Source of the DNA: an uncultured Candidatus Saccharibacteria bacterium
GTDB lineage: Bacteria; Patescibacteriota; Minisyncoccia; Minisyncoccales; JAGMDC01
DNA: 64,000 nt
Assembly: GCA_964615205.1 (NCBI GenBank)
Contig: CAZTQA010000002.1
Span: 125,267-189,266 of the forward strand
Direction: 5' to 3'
The notes under the pieces were generated by a model. It did no database searches, was not told the origin of the DNA, and saw nothing but the letters and a program-made list of their open reading frames with translations. The position numbers and the translations under genes were made by a program. Each line of letters starts with the position of its first letter. Position 1 is the stretch's first letter. This document shows, piece by piece, positions 47,098 to 55,049 of the stretch.

Positions 47098-49076
47098 TTG
47101 ATTAATTCTTGAAATTCTTTTTCAGAAATTATTTTTAAATTTAATTCTTGAGCTTGTTTAAGTTTTGAGCCGGGATTTTTACCTTTTACCAAATAATCTG
47201 TCTTCTGACTTAAGCTAGAAGGTGTCTTACCGCCTAATTGTTTTACCTTCTGATGAGCTTTTTCCCGCGACATTGATTCCATTTCGCCAGTAAAAACAAA
47301 AGACTTGTTTAATAATTTTTGGGATTTATTTTCCAATTTATCACTTTTTATGATAATTCCTGCTTTTTCTAAATCCTTTAATAATTGGGCATTTTCTTTT
47401 TGATTGAACCAATCCTTAATGCTTTCGGTTACTTTAGGCCCGATACCTTCAATGCTCTCTAAATTTAATTTAGGTATTTCCTCAATTTTAGTAACATTTT
47501 CAGCTAATAATTCAGCTGTTTCTTCGCCCACATATTTAATGCCTAAAGAAGCTATAAATTTAGATAAAGAAATAGTTTTACTTTTTCCAATGGCTTCAAC
47601 TAAATTAGAAGCTGATTTCTGGGCAAATCTTTCCAATGGCTCTAAGTCACCTTCTCTTAATTGAAAAATATCCGAAGCTTTAGAAACCAAACCAGCATCC
47701 ATTAATTGATCAATGATTTTAGGACCTAATCCCTCGATGTCAAAGCCTTTTTTTGAAACAAACCAATAAAGCTTTCTTTTTTGAATAGACCCGCAATTCT
47801 TATTGCTGCAATAATGAGCTACTTCCCCTTCTGGTTTAATTACCCTTGAACCGCAAACAGGACATACGTCTGGTATTTGTATTTTTTTGGCTTCTTTGGG
47901 TCTTAGCTCGGGCAGGTATTTAACAATGTGAGGAATAACGTCACCTGCCTTCTCCACAATAACTGTATCTCCTATTTTTATACCCAATCTTTTTATTTCA
48001 TCGCTATTATGAAGAGTAGCTCTGGAAACAGTCGTTCCAGCGATATTAATTGGCTTCAACCAAGCTACTGGCGTGAGTTTGCCAGTTCTGCCGACCTGAA
48101 AAACCACTTTCTCTAAAATAGTAGCAGCTTGTTCTCCAGGCCATTTGAAAGCTATAGCCCATCTGGGCGCCTTGCCAGTATAGCCAAGCCTGTTTTGAAA
48201 TTCCCTTTTATTTACTTTAACCACAATACCGTCAATCCAGTAATCCTGGGAATCTTTTTTCTTCTGCCATTTTTTCCAAAACTCAATCACTCCTTCTATA
48301 TTTTCGCAGTGTTCAAAACTTTTATTGACCTTAAAGCCCAAATCCATCAATTCCTTTAATTCCTCAAATTGAGTTTCAGGAATATCTTTCTCCGGCCAGG
48401 AATAGTCATAAATAAAACAGTCTAAATGACGCTGGCTGGCGATTTTAGGATCCAATTGCCGAATGGCGCCGGCAGCTGCATTTCTGGGATTGGCAAACAG
48501 GACCAAGTCTTGTTTTTTCCTTTGCTGGTTTAACTTTTCGAAAACTGATTTTCTCATAAATACTTCCCCTTCAGCTACCATGCTGGCATCTTTTTTCAAA
48601 TGAAGAGGAATGGCTTCAATTGTTTTTAGGTTCTGGGTCACATCCTCCCCTATCTTGCCGTCTCCCCGAGTAGCTCCAGTTTTAAGAATCCCTTTTTCAT
48701 AAGTCAGAATAATGTGTAGGCCGTCTATTTTCAGTTCGCAGGTGTAATCCACTTCAGGAATACTTAATTCTTTTTTCATTCTTTTGTCAAAATTCCTGAT
48801 CTCTTCTTCGTTAAAAACATCATTAAAAGACCACTGGGAAACAAGATGCCTTATTTTTTTAAATTCTTCCAAGGGTTTGCCTCCGATTCTCTGGGTGGGA
48901 GAATCAGGAGTAATCAAATCCGGGTACTGTTGCTCTAATTCAAAAAGCTCGTGCTTTAAAGAATCCGAAGCGCTGTCAGACATAATTGATTTGTCCAAAA
49001 CATGGTAGCTATACCTGGCCTCTCTTATAACTTTTTTCAGCTTCTCAATTCTTTCTTTAGCTTGTTCTTTATTCAT
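47094..49076 (-). CDS. ligA: NAD-dependent DNA ligase LigA
   Basis: CELKIDGL adenylation motif, a four-Cys zinc finger, HhH repeats, and a C-terminal BRCT domain. Confidence 0.95.
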   Translation of the reverse strand: MNKEQAKERIEKLKKVIREARYSYHVLDKSIMSDSASDSLKHELFELEQQYPDLITPDSPTQRIGGKPLEEFKKIRHLVSQWSFNDVFNEEEIRNFDKRMKKELSIPEVDYTCELKIDGLHIILTYEKGILKTGATRGDGKIGEDVTQNLKTIEAIPLHLKKDASMVAEGEVFMRKSVFEKLNQQRKKQDLVLFANPRNAAAGAIRQLDPKIASQRHLDCFIYDYSWPEKDIPETQFEELKELMDLGFKVNKSFEHCENIEGVIEFWKKWQKKKDSQDYWIDGIVVKVNKREFQNRLGYTGKAPRWAIAFKWPGEQAATILEKVVFQVGRTGKLTPVAWLKPINIAGTTVSRATLHNSDEIKRLGIKIGDTVIVEKAGDVIPHIVKYLPELRPKEAKKIQIPDVCPVCGSRVIKPEGEVAHYCSNKNCGSIQKRKLYWFVSKKGFDIEGLGPKIIDQLMDAGLVSKASDIFQLREGDLEPLERFAQKSASNLVEAIGKSKTISLSKFIASLGIKYVGEETAELLAENVTKIEEIPKLNLESIEGIGPKVTESIKDWFNQKENAQLLKDLEKAGIIIKSDKLENKSQKLLNKSFVFTGEMESMSREKAHQKVKQLGGKTPSSLSQKTDYLVKGKNPGSKLKQAQELNLKIISEKEFQELIK

Positions 49077-49112
49077 ATTTTAAGTATATCTCAAATAAAG
49101 CCTTTTTAAAAG

Positions 49113-49135
49113 AAAAAACAGAGATCGGATCTCTG
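49113..49135 (-). terminator. rho-independent terminator ending the minor-pilin operon
   Basis: Minus strand reads cagagatc-c-gatctctg followed by ttttttc. Member of the CAGAG...CTCTG terminator family. Confidence 0.7.
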
Positions 49136-49168
49136 CATTTCCAAGGCAAGTTTACTGCATCATAAAAA

Positions 49169-50191
49169 TTATGGCTTTGTTTCCTCTAAATCTCCCATAA
49201 TTCCACTAGTTCCTCCTGAAAAAGGATCAATAGCAACTTCAAACATAAGATCGCTGCCAGCATCTGGACAAGGACTACCATAACAACTAGTCTGCCAAGT
49301 ATTGCTTCTATCTGACCACCAGGCTCTACCGCCAGGATAAAAACCGTCTTCTGCCATTTTTAGTCTACATCTGTGTCCGTCCCAATCGTCAGAAGTATTT
49401 TCGGAACCATTTGATCTAGTGCTTAAAACAACGAAAGAGTATTTTTCACCTTCATATACTCTATAAGGCGAAAAAGTAAGATTCTTCTCTCCACAACCAC
49501 CGGTGCTACCCACTGATATATTATTACTAGTAGCCAATATTTGGTTTCCCGGTCTACCGTTCTCGACATCCCTTAATTGTATTCTCCAATAGCCATAACA
49601 TCCACCAATTCCGCCACCAAGCCGAGATCCTCTCCAAACAGTTATCTGAATAAGGTCACCCGTCATGTCTGCCTGAAAAGTTTGTCCTACTCTTCTTACA
49701 TCAACACTCAACCATTCATCGTAAGTAGCGCCTGGGGCATCACAAGTGCTTGAGCATTGTGCTGCATAAGTACAAGGATCTGGACCTAAGTTAGTAAAAT
49801 TAGAATATTGATCTGGATTAATTACCCCTACTCTAGAAAACAAAACAGCTCTTTCAACGTCATTGAAGTTACCAATAGATTTAATCGCCTCTGGATTAGC
49901 TATTGTGCCCTCTGTTACTTCTAAACAATACTGGCTTCCATTATCTAAAGTAGTCCAACCGCTAGAACAAAGCTGATCAATAAAATCTCCCTGATCCAAA
50001 CGGAACAAAGCATGCTCAATTCCTGAATCAGCTGCATTTAAGGCTTTTAGCGATTCTTCTACATTGCTCGCCATTCTCATTTCTTTAACAGTCAAAGAAG
50101 TCAGCCATATACCGATAGATAAAATTACAGAAAGAAAAACCAGAGTTATCAGTAAAGCATTTTGTCCTTTTTGGTTTTTAAGATCAATCAT
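49169..50191 (-). CDS. PilX-like minor pilin / pilus-associated protein with large C-terminal domain
   Basis: 340 aa. KGQNALLITLVFLSVILSIG...EMRMASN...ALNAADSGIEHA fits the PilX N-terminal pattern. The C-terminal roughly 230 aa are Cys/Trp/Gly-rich and unassigned. Confidence 0.55.
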   Translation of the reverse strand: MIDLKNQKGQNALLITLVFLSVILSIGIWLTSLTVKEMRMASNVEESLKALNAADSGIEHALFRLDQGDFIDQLCSSGWTTLDNGSQYCLEVTEGTIANPEAIKSIGNFNDVERAVLFSRVGVINPDQYSNFTNLGPDPCTYAAQCSSTCDAPGATYDEWLSVDVRRVGQTFQADMTGDLIQITVWRGSRLGGGIGGCYGYWRIQLRDVENGRPGNQILATSNNISVGSTGGCGEKNLTFSPYRVYEGEKYSFVVLSTRSNGSENTSDDWDGHRCRLKMAEDGFYPGGRAWWSDRSNTWQTSCYGSPCPDAGSDLMFEVAIDPFSGGTSGIMGDLEETKP

Positions 50192-50211
50192 AAATATAGA
50201 TTTTATAAAAT

Positions 50212-51816
50212 TTATTCTTCAAAACAATAAAGATGGGCCCTGGTGTTGTAATCCCAATGGCACTGTAAATTACTACTGCTTGTCCATCCACCATCTCTCT
50301 GAAGATTGGTGCCTATTCTGCCTACAAGAGACGAACTTGCAGAAGTCCAATGATTACAATTATAATATGTCGATCCAAACTGCCTTGCCTCCCCGTTGCT
50401 GTTTGTGCCTGTCCAGACCCTACCGTTGGTAAAATTGCCATTCTCGTTATACTTTATTAAATTTCGAATGCTACCGTCAATCAAATCTCCCTTAGAAAAA
50501 GCAATTATTGATCTTTCGCTTGGCCCCTGGTTATAGTAAAGAGCATCTGCTATTCGATCCTTAGCATCAACAGTATTGGTAGAAAGCCAGGCTCTCCAAG
50601 TTCCTCCAATCCCAGCCGCATCAGCCAAGCTTTGGCATCTGCCATCTGCCCCGGCTAATCCACCAAAAGCTCCATGATACATTTCGCTTGAAATAAAAAC
50701 TCTTTTTAAATCAATCGAAGGAGGTATTTCTACATTAGTATAGGTTTCTTCAAAACAATATAATCTATATCTGTTAGTGCATGGGGGAAAAGTACTACTA
50801 CCAGCCCAGCTACTACCTGTTTGGCCAACAAAGCCAACCCCCCCTTGTCCCACTGGAGTAGCTCCCAGCCAGCAACAATCCCACTCGTAACCCACAGCTC
50901 CAAAATGATGACCGCAAAAATCCCAAGAAGCTCTATAGCTAGTATTTCCCCCCGAGCAATCAGTGCTGCTCCAAACTCTTTCATTCGTAGCAACAAGATT
51001 GCCGTATTCATCGTAATTAATCGGGTGGTTTATTGAACAATCAAGAAGATCGCCCTTAGAACCGGCTATAAATTGCCATTTACTGCCATCGTAAATCACA
51101 AAAGGACCATCTTGAATACGGTCTCTAACGTTCCAAGCAGTATGCGTATATGGATTATAAGCGGAAATCCAAGCCATCCAGGTCCCACCGAGCCCGGCTG
51201 TATCAGCCCAGTTCTGGCATAATAGATCAGCTCCAGTTATATTACCAAGTCCTGCCATATCGCCTCGAACTTTTAACGAACTAACAAAGACTCTATTTGC
51301 TGAAATCATTAATTTATCTCTTTGGTTCTTGTTCAAAAGTGAAATAGTGTTTTGAAAATCCATAGAAATATTAGAATTTTGAACTGACTGAATAGTCATT
51401 GAAATAGTAACTTTCGGTTCAAGAATGTTATTAATAAAATCATTAACATTAAAATTCAAATTAGTGAATTTAATCTTATTAGAGCTGATAACATTTGAAT
51501 TCTTTTCTAATTGTTCATTAGCGTTAAGTCTATAAACTATAGAATTACCATGAGCATCAATAAAACTTAAATCTGAATCATTATTACCAGCCTGACTACC
51601 AGAAATAGCGCCCATTCTTATCTCTCGAGTCATTAATTCCATTAAATAACGGCCATCAGATTCTACCTCTTTAATTTGTTCAACTTGCGCCTTGCTTTTT
51701 AAGGTGGAAGTAAAAATACCCAAAGCAGCTGTAAAAACCACGGTAAAAATAGCAATTGAAACAAGAATTTCAACCAAGGTAAAACTTTTGTCTTTTTGAG
51801 AAATAATCTTATTCAT
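50212..51816 (-). CDS. PilW-like minor pilin carrying two endostatin/DUF1554-like modules
   Basis: Prepilin N-terminus QKDKS/FTLVEILVSIAIFTVVF. Two repeats follow, each starting RVF[VI]SS...GAD..C...AD.AG.GGTW.AW.S and ending ...LYCFEE. Confidence 0.6.
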   Translation of the reverse strand: MNKIISQKDKSFTLVEILVSIAIFTVVFTAALGIFTSTLKSKAQVEQIKEVESDGRYLMELMTREIRMGAISGSQAGNNDSDLSFIDAHGNSIVYRLNANEQLEKNSNVISSNKIKFTNLNFNVNDFINNILEPKVTISMTIQSVQNSNISMDFQNTISLLNKNQRDKLMISANRVFVSSLKVRGDMAGLGNITGADLLCQNWADTAGLGGTWMAWISAYNPYTHTAWNVRDRIQDGPFVIYDGSKWQFIAGSKGDLLDCSINHPINYDEYGNLVATNERVWSSTDCSGGNTSYRASWDFCGHHFGAVGYEWDCCWLGATPVGQGGVGFVGQTGSSWAGSSTFPPCTNRYRLYCFEETYTNVEIPPSIDLKRVFISSEMYHGAFGGLAGADGRCQSLADAAGIGGTWRAWLSTNTVDAKDRIADALYYNQGPSERSIIAFSKGDLIDGSIRNLIKYNENGNFTNGRVWTGTNSNGEARQFGSTYYNCNHWTSASSSLVGRIGTNLQRDGGWTSSSNLQCHWDYNTRAHLYCFEE

Positions 51817-51817
51817 A

Positions 51818-52696
51818 TTATTTATTTAAAACTTTAACATAAATCCTGTAAGGTTGGTTATTCGTGGCAGTATATGCATCATAAAGACAGTCCGGATCGC
51901 TGTGAAAAGCATGAGAACCATGAAGCTTACACTCGCTAAAATCTAAGATAGTACAACCGCTAGGATTTGTGACAAAACCGCACCATAGGTCTCTACCGAC
52001 TAGATCCCATCCCCCAGTGATCAAAGTGGTATCGGTCCCACAAGTATAGAAACCATCAATATCGCAAAAAGCTTTACTGCAATCCCCTCGAGAGGAAGAT
52101 GTGCCAGCATATTCCCAGTGATATAATTTTTGAGGATTTGGCGACATCTCGTAATCGTATAAACGTCTTTCTAAATTTATCGTATGTTGGGTTCCTTGAG
52201 TGTCATGCCAACTAACTTGTGAAACTACTTTTATTTCATCATTGGAAATTTTATCCAACTTAATAAAACGATAAAAACCTGTTTCTACGGCTGTAGCCGA
52301 ACTAATATGAGTATAAAGCCCATCATCAAAATAAAGCTGGCAATTACCGTCATCTTTGCATTCCCAAACATTTGCATATATAGGCATGCTAAAATGATTT
52401 ATAGTACCATCGGGCTCAACTGTACTCCCGAATCTCTCATTTCCCTGTTTACCAATATTTGTATCAAAATCTCTTCCCAATAATAAATTGGTATCTCTGA
52501 TATTATGTAATATTTCAATGCCTTCTTGGGCTAAATTAACAGCGATAACTCTTTCCGGACTAACCTTGGCGATAGAAAGATTGCGAAGAACTAATCCCAC
52601 GACGCCAACTAAACCAACTGTAATTACAGTAATAGCTACCAAAACCTCTAGAATAGAAAAGCTTTTATTCTTATTGTTCTTTAAATATGTAAACAT
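51818..52696 (-). CDS. PilV-like minor pilin with Cys-rich C-terminal domain
   Basis: Prepilin N-terminus NNKNKS/FSILEVLVAITVITVGLVG...LAQEGIE. Confidence 0.6.
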   Translation of the reverse strand: MFTYLKNNKNKSFSILEVLVAITVITVGLVGVVGLVLRNLSIAKVSPERVIAVNLAQEGIEILHNIRDTNLLLGRDFDTNIGKQGNERFGSTVEPDGTINHFSMPIYANVWECKDDGNCQLYFDDGLYTHISSATAVETGFYRFIKLDKISNDEIKVVSQVSWHDTQGTQHTINLERRLYDYEMSPNPQKLYHWEYAGTSSSRGDCSKAFCDIDGFYTCGTDTTLITGGWDLVGRDLWCGFVTNPSGCTILDFSECKLHGSHAFHSDPDCLYDAYTATNNQPYRIYVKVLNK

Positions 52697-52704
52697 AAAT
52701 TTTA

Positions 52705-53154
52705 TTATTGTATTTCAATCAAACCAGCTGAATTAACAGTAATTCGCTTCGTGGAACCATCAGAATATTTAATATCAATGTCTCTAGGGATATCAACGGA
52801 CCCATCGGGTGTCCTGAAACGAATGCTATTACTAGAACTATCTATGGTTATTGATTTCAAAGGAAAATCAATTTCTTCAATCTCTACCTCCGGACTATAT
52901 TTACATAGCACATATTTACTATCCCCATTAGTGTATTTTATACCATAACTATCAGGCACAGAATCATTATGCCTCTCTGCAGACATGGCCATGTTTTGGG
53001 CACGGCGTAGATCAGTAACCAGCTGCCGGGCAGCAACGTCAAGGTCAGTTGAAGGTCTGGGATTAATAAAAACTACTCCAAGCAAAATGAGCATCATGAC
53101 TATTACTGCTAGAAGTTCTATTAAGGTCATTCCTTTATTGTTGAATTTAAGCAT
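52705..53154 (-). CDS. GspH/FimT-like minor pilin
   Basis: Prepilin N-terminus NNKG/MTLIELLAVIVMM, followed by AARQLVTDLRRAQNMAMS. Confidence 0.6.
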   Translation of the reverse strand: MLKFNNKGMTLIELLAVIVMMLILLGVVFINPRPSTDLDVAARQLVTDLRRAQNMAMSAERHNDSVPDSYGIKYTNGDSKYVLCKYSPEVEIEEIDFPLKSITIDSSSNSIRFRTPDGSVDIPRDIDIKYSDGSTKRITVNSAGLIEIQ

Positions 53155-53157
53155 TTT

Positions 53158-53997
53158 TTAAATAAACAGATTTAAATACCAATTTGTTATTTGCTGGCCC
53201 CAGAATAAAGCGATAAAAGTGCCTGTTACCAGAAAAGGACCAAAAGGAATTTCTGATTTCAGGGTTTTCTTTTTAATTAAAATCAGTTCTATTCCTATTA
53301 TAGCACCAATTAGAAAAGCAAAAAACATAGCTACAAAAATATTGGGCCAGCCAAGCAGCAAGCCCATTAAAAAAGCAAGCTTTATGTCTCCTACTCCCAT
53401 GCCCTTGCCATGAGTAATAAGAACAATTGCCAGGAAAAAACCAGCAGCAATAAAAGCTGCTGAGATAAAGCTCCAAATCCCAATCCGCCAGCTGGCGGAC
53501 AATGACCAATCAAATCCCAATGACCAATTTTCAAACAATTTATAAATAAAGGCTATCCCTATAGCTGGGAAGATAACCTTGTCTGGGATGATGTAGTGCT
53601 TCAAGTCATAGACAAAGATAATTATTAAAATGCTGGCAATAGCAAAAAGAAACATTAAATCCAAAATCTCTGGCTCTGCCAGATCTGGCGTAGCTAGACA
53701 AAATCCTAACGACCAATAATAAAAAATTGGTAGAAATAGCAAACCCGTTGCTATTTCTACCAATGGGTATTGAATAGAGATTTTTTTGTGGCAGTAGCGG
53801 CATTTAGCTTTTAAAATAAAAAAGCTTAGTAAAGGGATTAAATCATACCAAGCCAGTTTGTGTCTGCATTTCGGGCAATAAGACCTGCCCTTCAAAGCGC
53901 TCTCCCCCTTCTCCAAGCGATAAATAACGCAATTTAAAAAACTACCCACTGTCAGGCCAAAAATAAAAACAAAAACATAGAAAACAACATTTACCAT
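53158..53997 (-). CDS. pilD: prepilin peptidase (A24 family) PilD
   Basis: N-terminal CxxC...CxxC (CPKCRH...CRYCHK), a multi-TM body, and KGMGVGDIKL and PFGPFL aspartyl-protease motifs. Confidence 0.9.
   Translation of the reverse strand: MVNVVFYVFVFIFGLTVGSFLNCVIYRLEKGESALKGRSYCPKCRHKLAWYDLIPLLSFFILKAKCRYCHKKISIQYPLVEIATGLLFLPIFYYWSLGFCLATPDLAEPEILDLMFLFAIASILIIIFVYDLKHYIIPDKVIFPAIGIAFIYKLFENWSLGFDWSLSASWRIGIWSFISAAFIAAGFFLAIVLITHGKGMGVGDIKLAFLMGLLLGWPNIFVAMFFAFLIGAIIGIELILIKKKTLKSEIPFGPFLVTGTFIALFWGQQITNWYLNLFI
53669..53698. repeat. 30-bp palindrome, family D copy 2 (inside pilD)
   Basis: tctggctctgccaga/tctggcgtagctaga. In pilD it encodes LATPDLAEPE, a different reading frame of the element from copy 1. 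Confidence 0.7.
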
Positions 53998-54041
53998 TAG
54001 ATTATTATACCAATTTCCCCAAATTTCACAAAAAAATAGAG
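53981..54041 (-). promoter_or_regulatory. pilD promoter/start module (copy 1 of a 61-bp duplication)
   Basis: Minus strand reads TTGTGA, 16 nt, TATAAT, aatcta, ATG GTA AAT GTT GTT TT. Near-identical to 56979..57038. Confidence 0.65.
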
Positions 54042-54059
54042 ATCCGATTTCTGTTTTTT

Positions 54060-54260
54060 TTATTTCTTAAATTTTTTAGGTAGCTCTACCCCCAAGTCTC
54101 TACAGATTTTTTTGCTTAAAAAATCGTTTACTTCATTATGTCTTGGAACCGTGGAAGATCTTTTGATTAAAGAGTTATAAAAAACACTATGTCTTAAACC
54201 TTCTCTAACAAAAACACATCCTTGCTTAATTAAGTGTTTAATTAAATCTACCCTCTTCAT
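54060..54260 (-). CDS. hicA: HicA-family mRNA interferase toxin
   Basis: 66 aa: LIKHLIKQGCVFVREGLRHSVFYN...VPRHNEV, a typical HicA/YcfA pattern. Confidence 0.8.
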   Translation of the reverse strand: MKRVDLIKHLIKQGCVFVREGLRHSVFYNSLIKRSSTVPRHNEVNDFLSKKICRDLGVELPKKFKK

Positions 54261-54481
54261 TAAAAAGAAACTGAAAGAGATTCCCGAATAATGTTATGTT
54301 TTGAAACCTCTTTCCTATTAAGAAACCTGTTAGTCTCAAGAATTAATAAAAGCGCCTCTTTAAGATTTTCTTTAGTTTCTTCAAGAGTTTTTCCTTGAGT
54401 ATTGACGCCTGGGATTTCTTCTATCCATCCAATATACCATTTTCCGCTTTTTTTATATATTGCCGTAAATTGCCTTGCCAT
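54260..54481 (-). CDS. hicB: HicB-family antitoxin (short, UPF0150-type)
   Basis: 73 aa: FTAIYKKSGKWYIGWIEEIPGVNTQGKTLEETKENLKEAL. Overlaps hicA by 1 nt. Confidence 0.75.
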   Translation of the reverse strand: MARQFTAIYKKSGKWYIGWIEEIPGVNTQGKTLEETKENLKEALLLILETNRFLNRKEVSKHNIIRESLSVSF

Positions 54482-54489
54482 ATGCTCTA

Positions 54490-54518
54490 ATTATATAAAA
54501 TCCGACCCTAAAAGTCAA
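54490..54518 (-). promoter_or_regulatory. candidate promoter of hicBA, leaderless geometry
   Basis: Minus strand reads TTGACT, 17 nt, TATAAT. The -10 box ends 8 nt before the hicB ATG. Confidence 0.5.
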
Positions 54519-54525
54519 CTTTTAC

Positions 54526-54548
54526 AAAAAACAGAGATCTGCTCTCTG
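54526..54548 (-). terminator. rho-independent terminator
   Basis: Minus strand reads cagaga-gcaga-tctctg followed by ttttttg. CAGAG...CTCTG family. Confidence 0.65.
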
Positions 54549-54597
54549 CACTAATTGATTGAGGTTCAGCCTCCTTCACTATGTTAATAACCACAAT

Positions 54598-54918
54598 TTA
54601 ACAAATTCCAACTTCTGCTTCTAATCGAGCAACTCTTTTTTCAAGCCAAATAATTTTTTCTCTATCAATTTGTCTTTCTTTCTGAAATTTTTGAATTAAA
54701 TTTTTTAATTCTTTTAATTGCTTGGAATGCTCTGTAGCTTTATCTTCTAAAAATATTACTCTCCTTTCTAAACTGGATAGTTTATTTCTTATATCTTTTA
54801 TGTCTTCTTTTATTCTAGAGACATCCTGTCTCATGCCAGCCCTATCTTCTTGGGCATCCAAAAACCCCTTTTGAATCATTTGGGCTAATTTTTCAATTGT
54901 AATTTCTTTCTTTTTCAT
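54598..54918 (-). CDS. coiled-coil hypothetical protein
   Basis: 106 aa, charged, with heptad-like repeats (LSSLERRVIFLEDK...LEKRVARLEAEV). Confidence 0.45.
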   Translation of the reverse strand: MKKKEITIEKLAQMIQKGFLDAQEDRAGMRQDVSRIKEDIKDIRNKLSSLERRVIFLEDKATEHSKQLKELKNLIQKFQKERQIDREKIIWLEKRVARLEAEVGIC

Positions 54919-54926
54919 ATGCTTTC

Positions 54927-54955
54927 ATTTTAGCTCAAGCGGAATCTGCTGTCAA
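54927..54955 (-). promoter_or_regulatory. candidate promoter, leaderless geometry
   Basis: Minus strand reads TTGACA, 17 nt, TAAAAT. The -10 box ends 8 nt before the ATG at 54918. Confidence 0.4.
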
Positions 54956-55006
54956 ACATAAAGTGTGTCAGACGTATCTGAATCTGGACAACAAAGGTTA
55001 GACAAA

Positions 55007-55039
55007 GGGACAGGAGGGAGACAGTCCCTCTCCTGTCCC
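55007..55039. repeat. 33-bp palindrome, family A copy 2 (intergenic, 11 nt downstream of the OST gene stop)
   Basis: gggacaggagggagacagtccctctcctgtccc. The outer 10-bp arms are perfect and the inner part is degenerate. Confidence 0.75.
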
Positions 55040-55049
55040 TGTTAAACTT

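Noticed and set aside
51818-52696. RGD motif (SSSRGDCSK) in the PilV-like minor pilin as an integrin-binding signal
   Set aside because: A tripeptide is expected by chance, and there is no supporting context.
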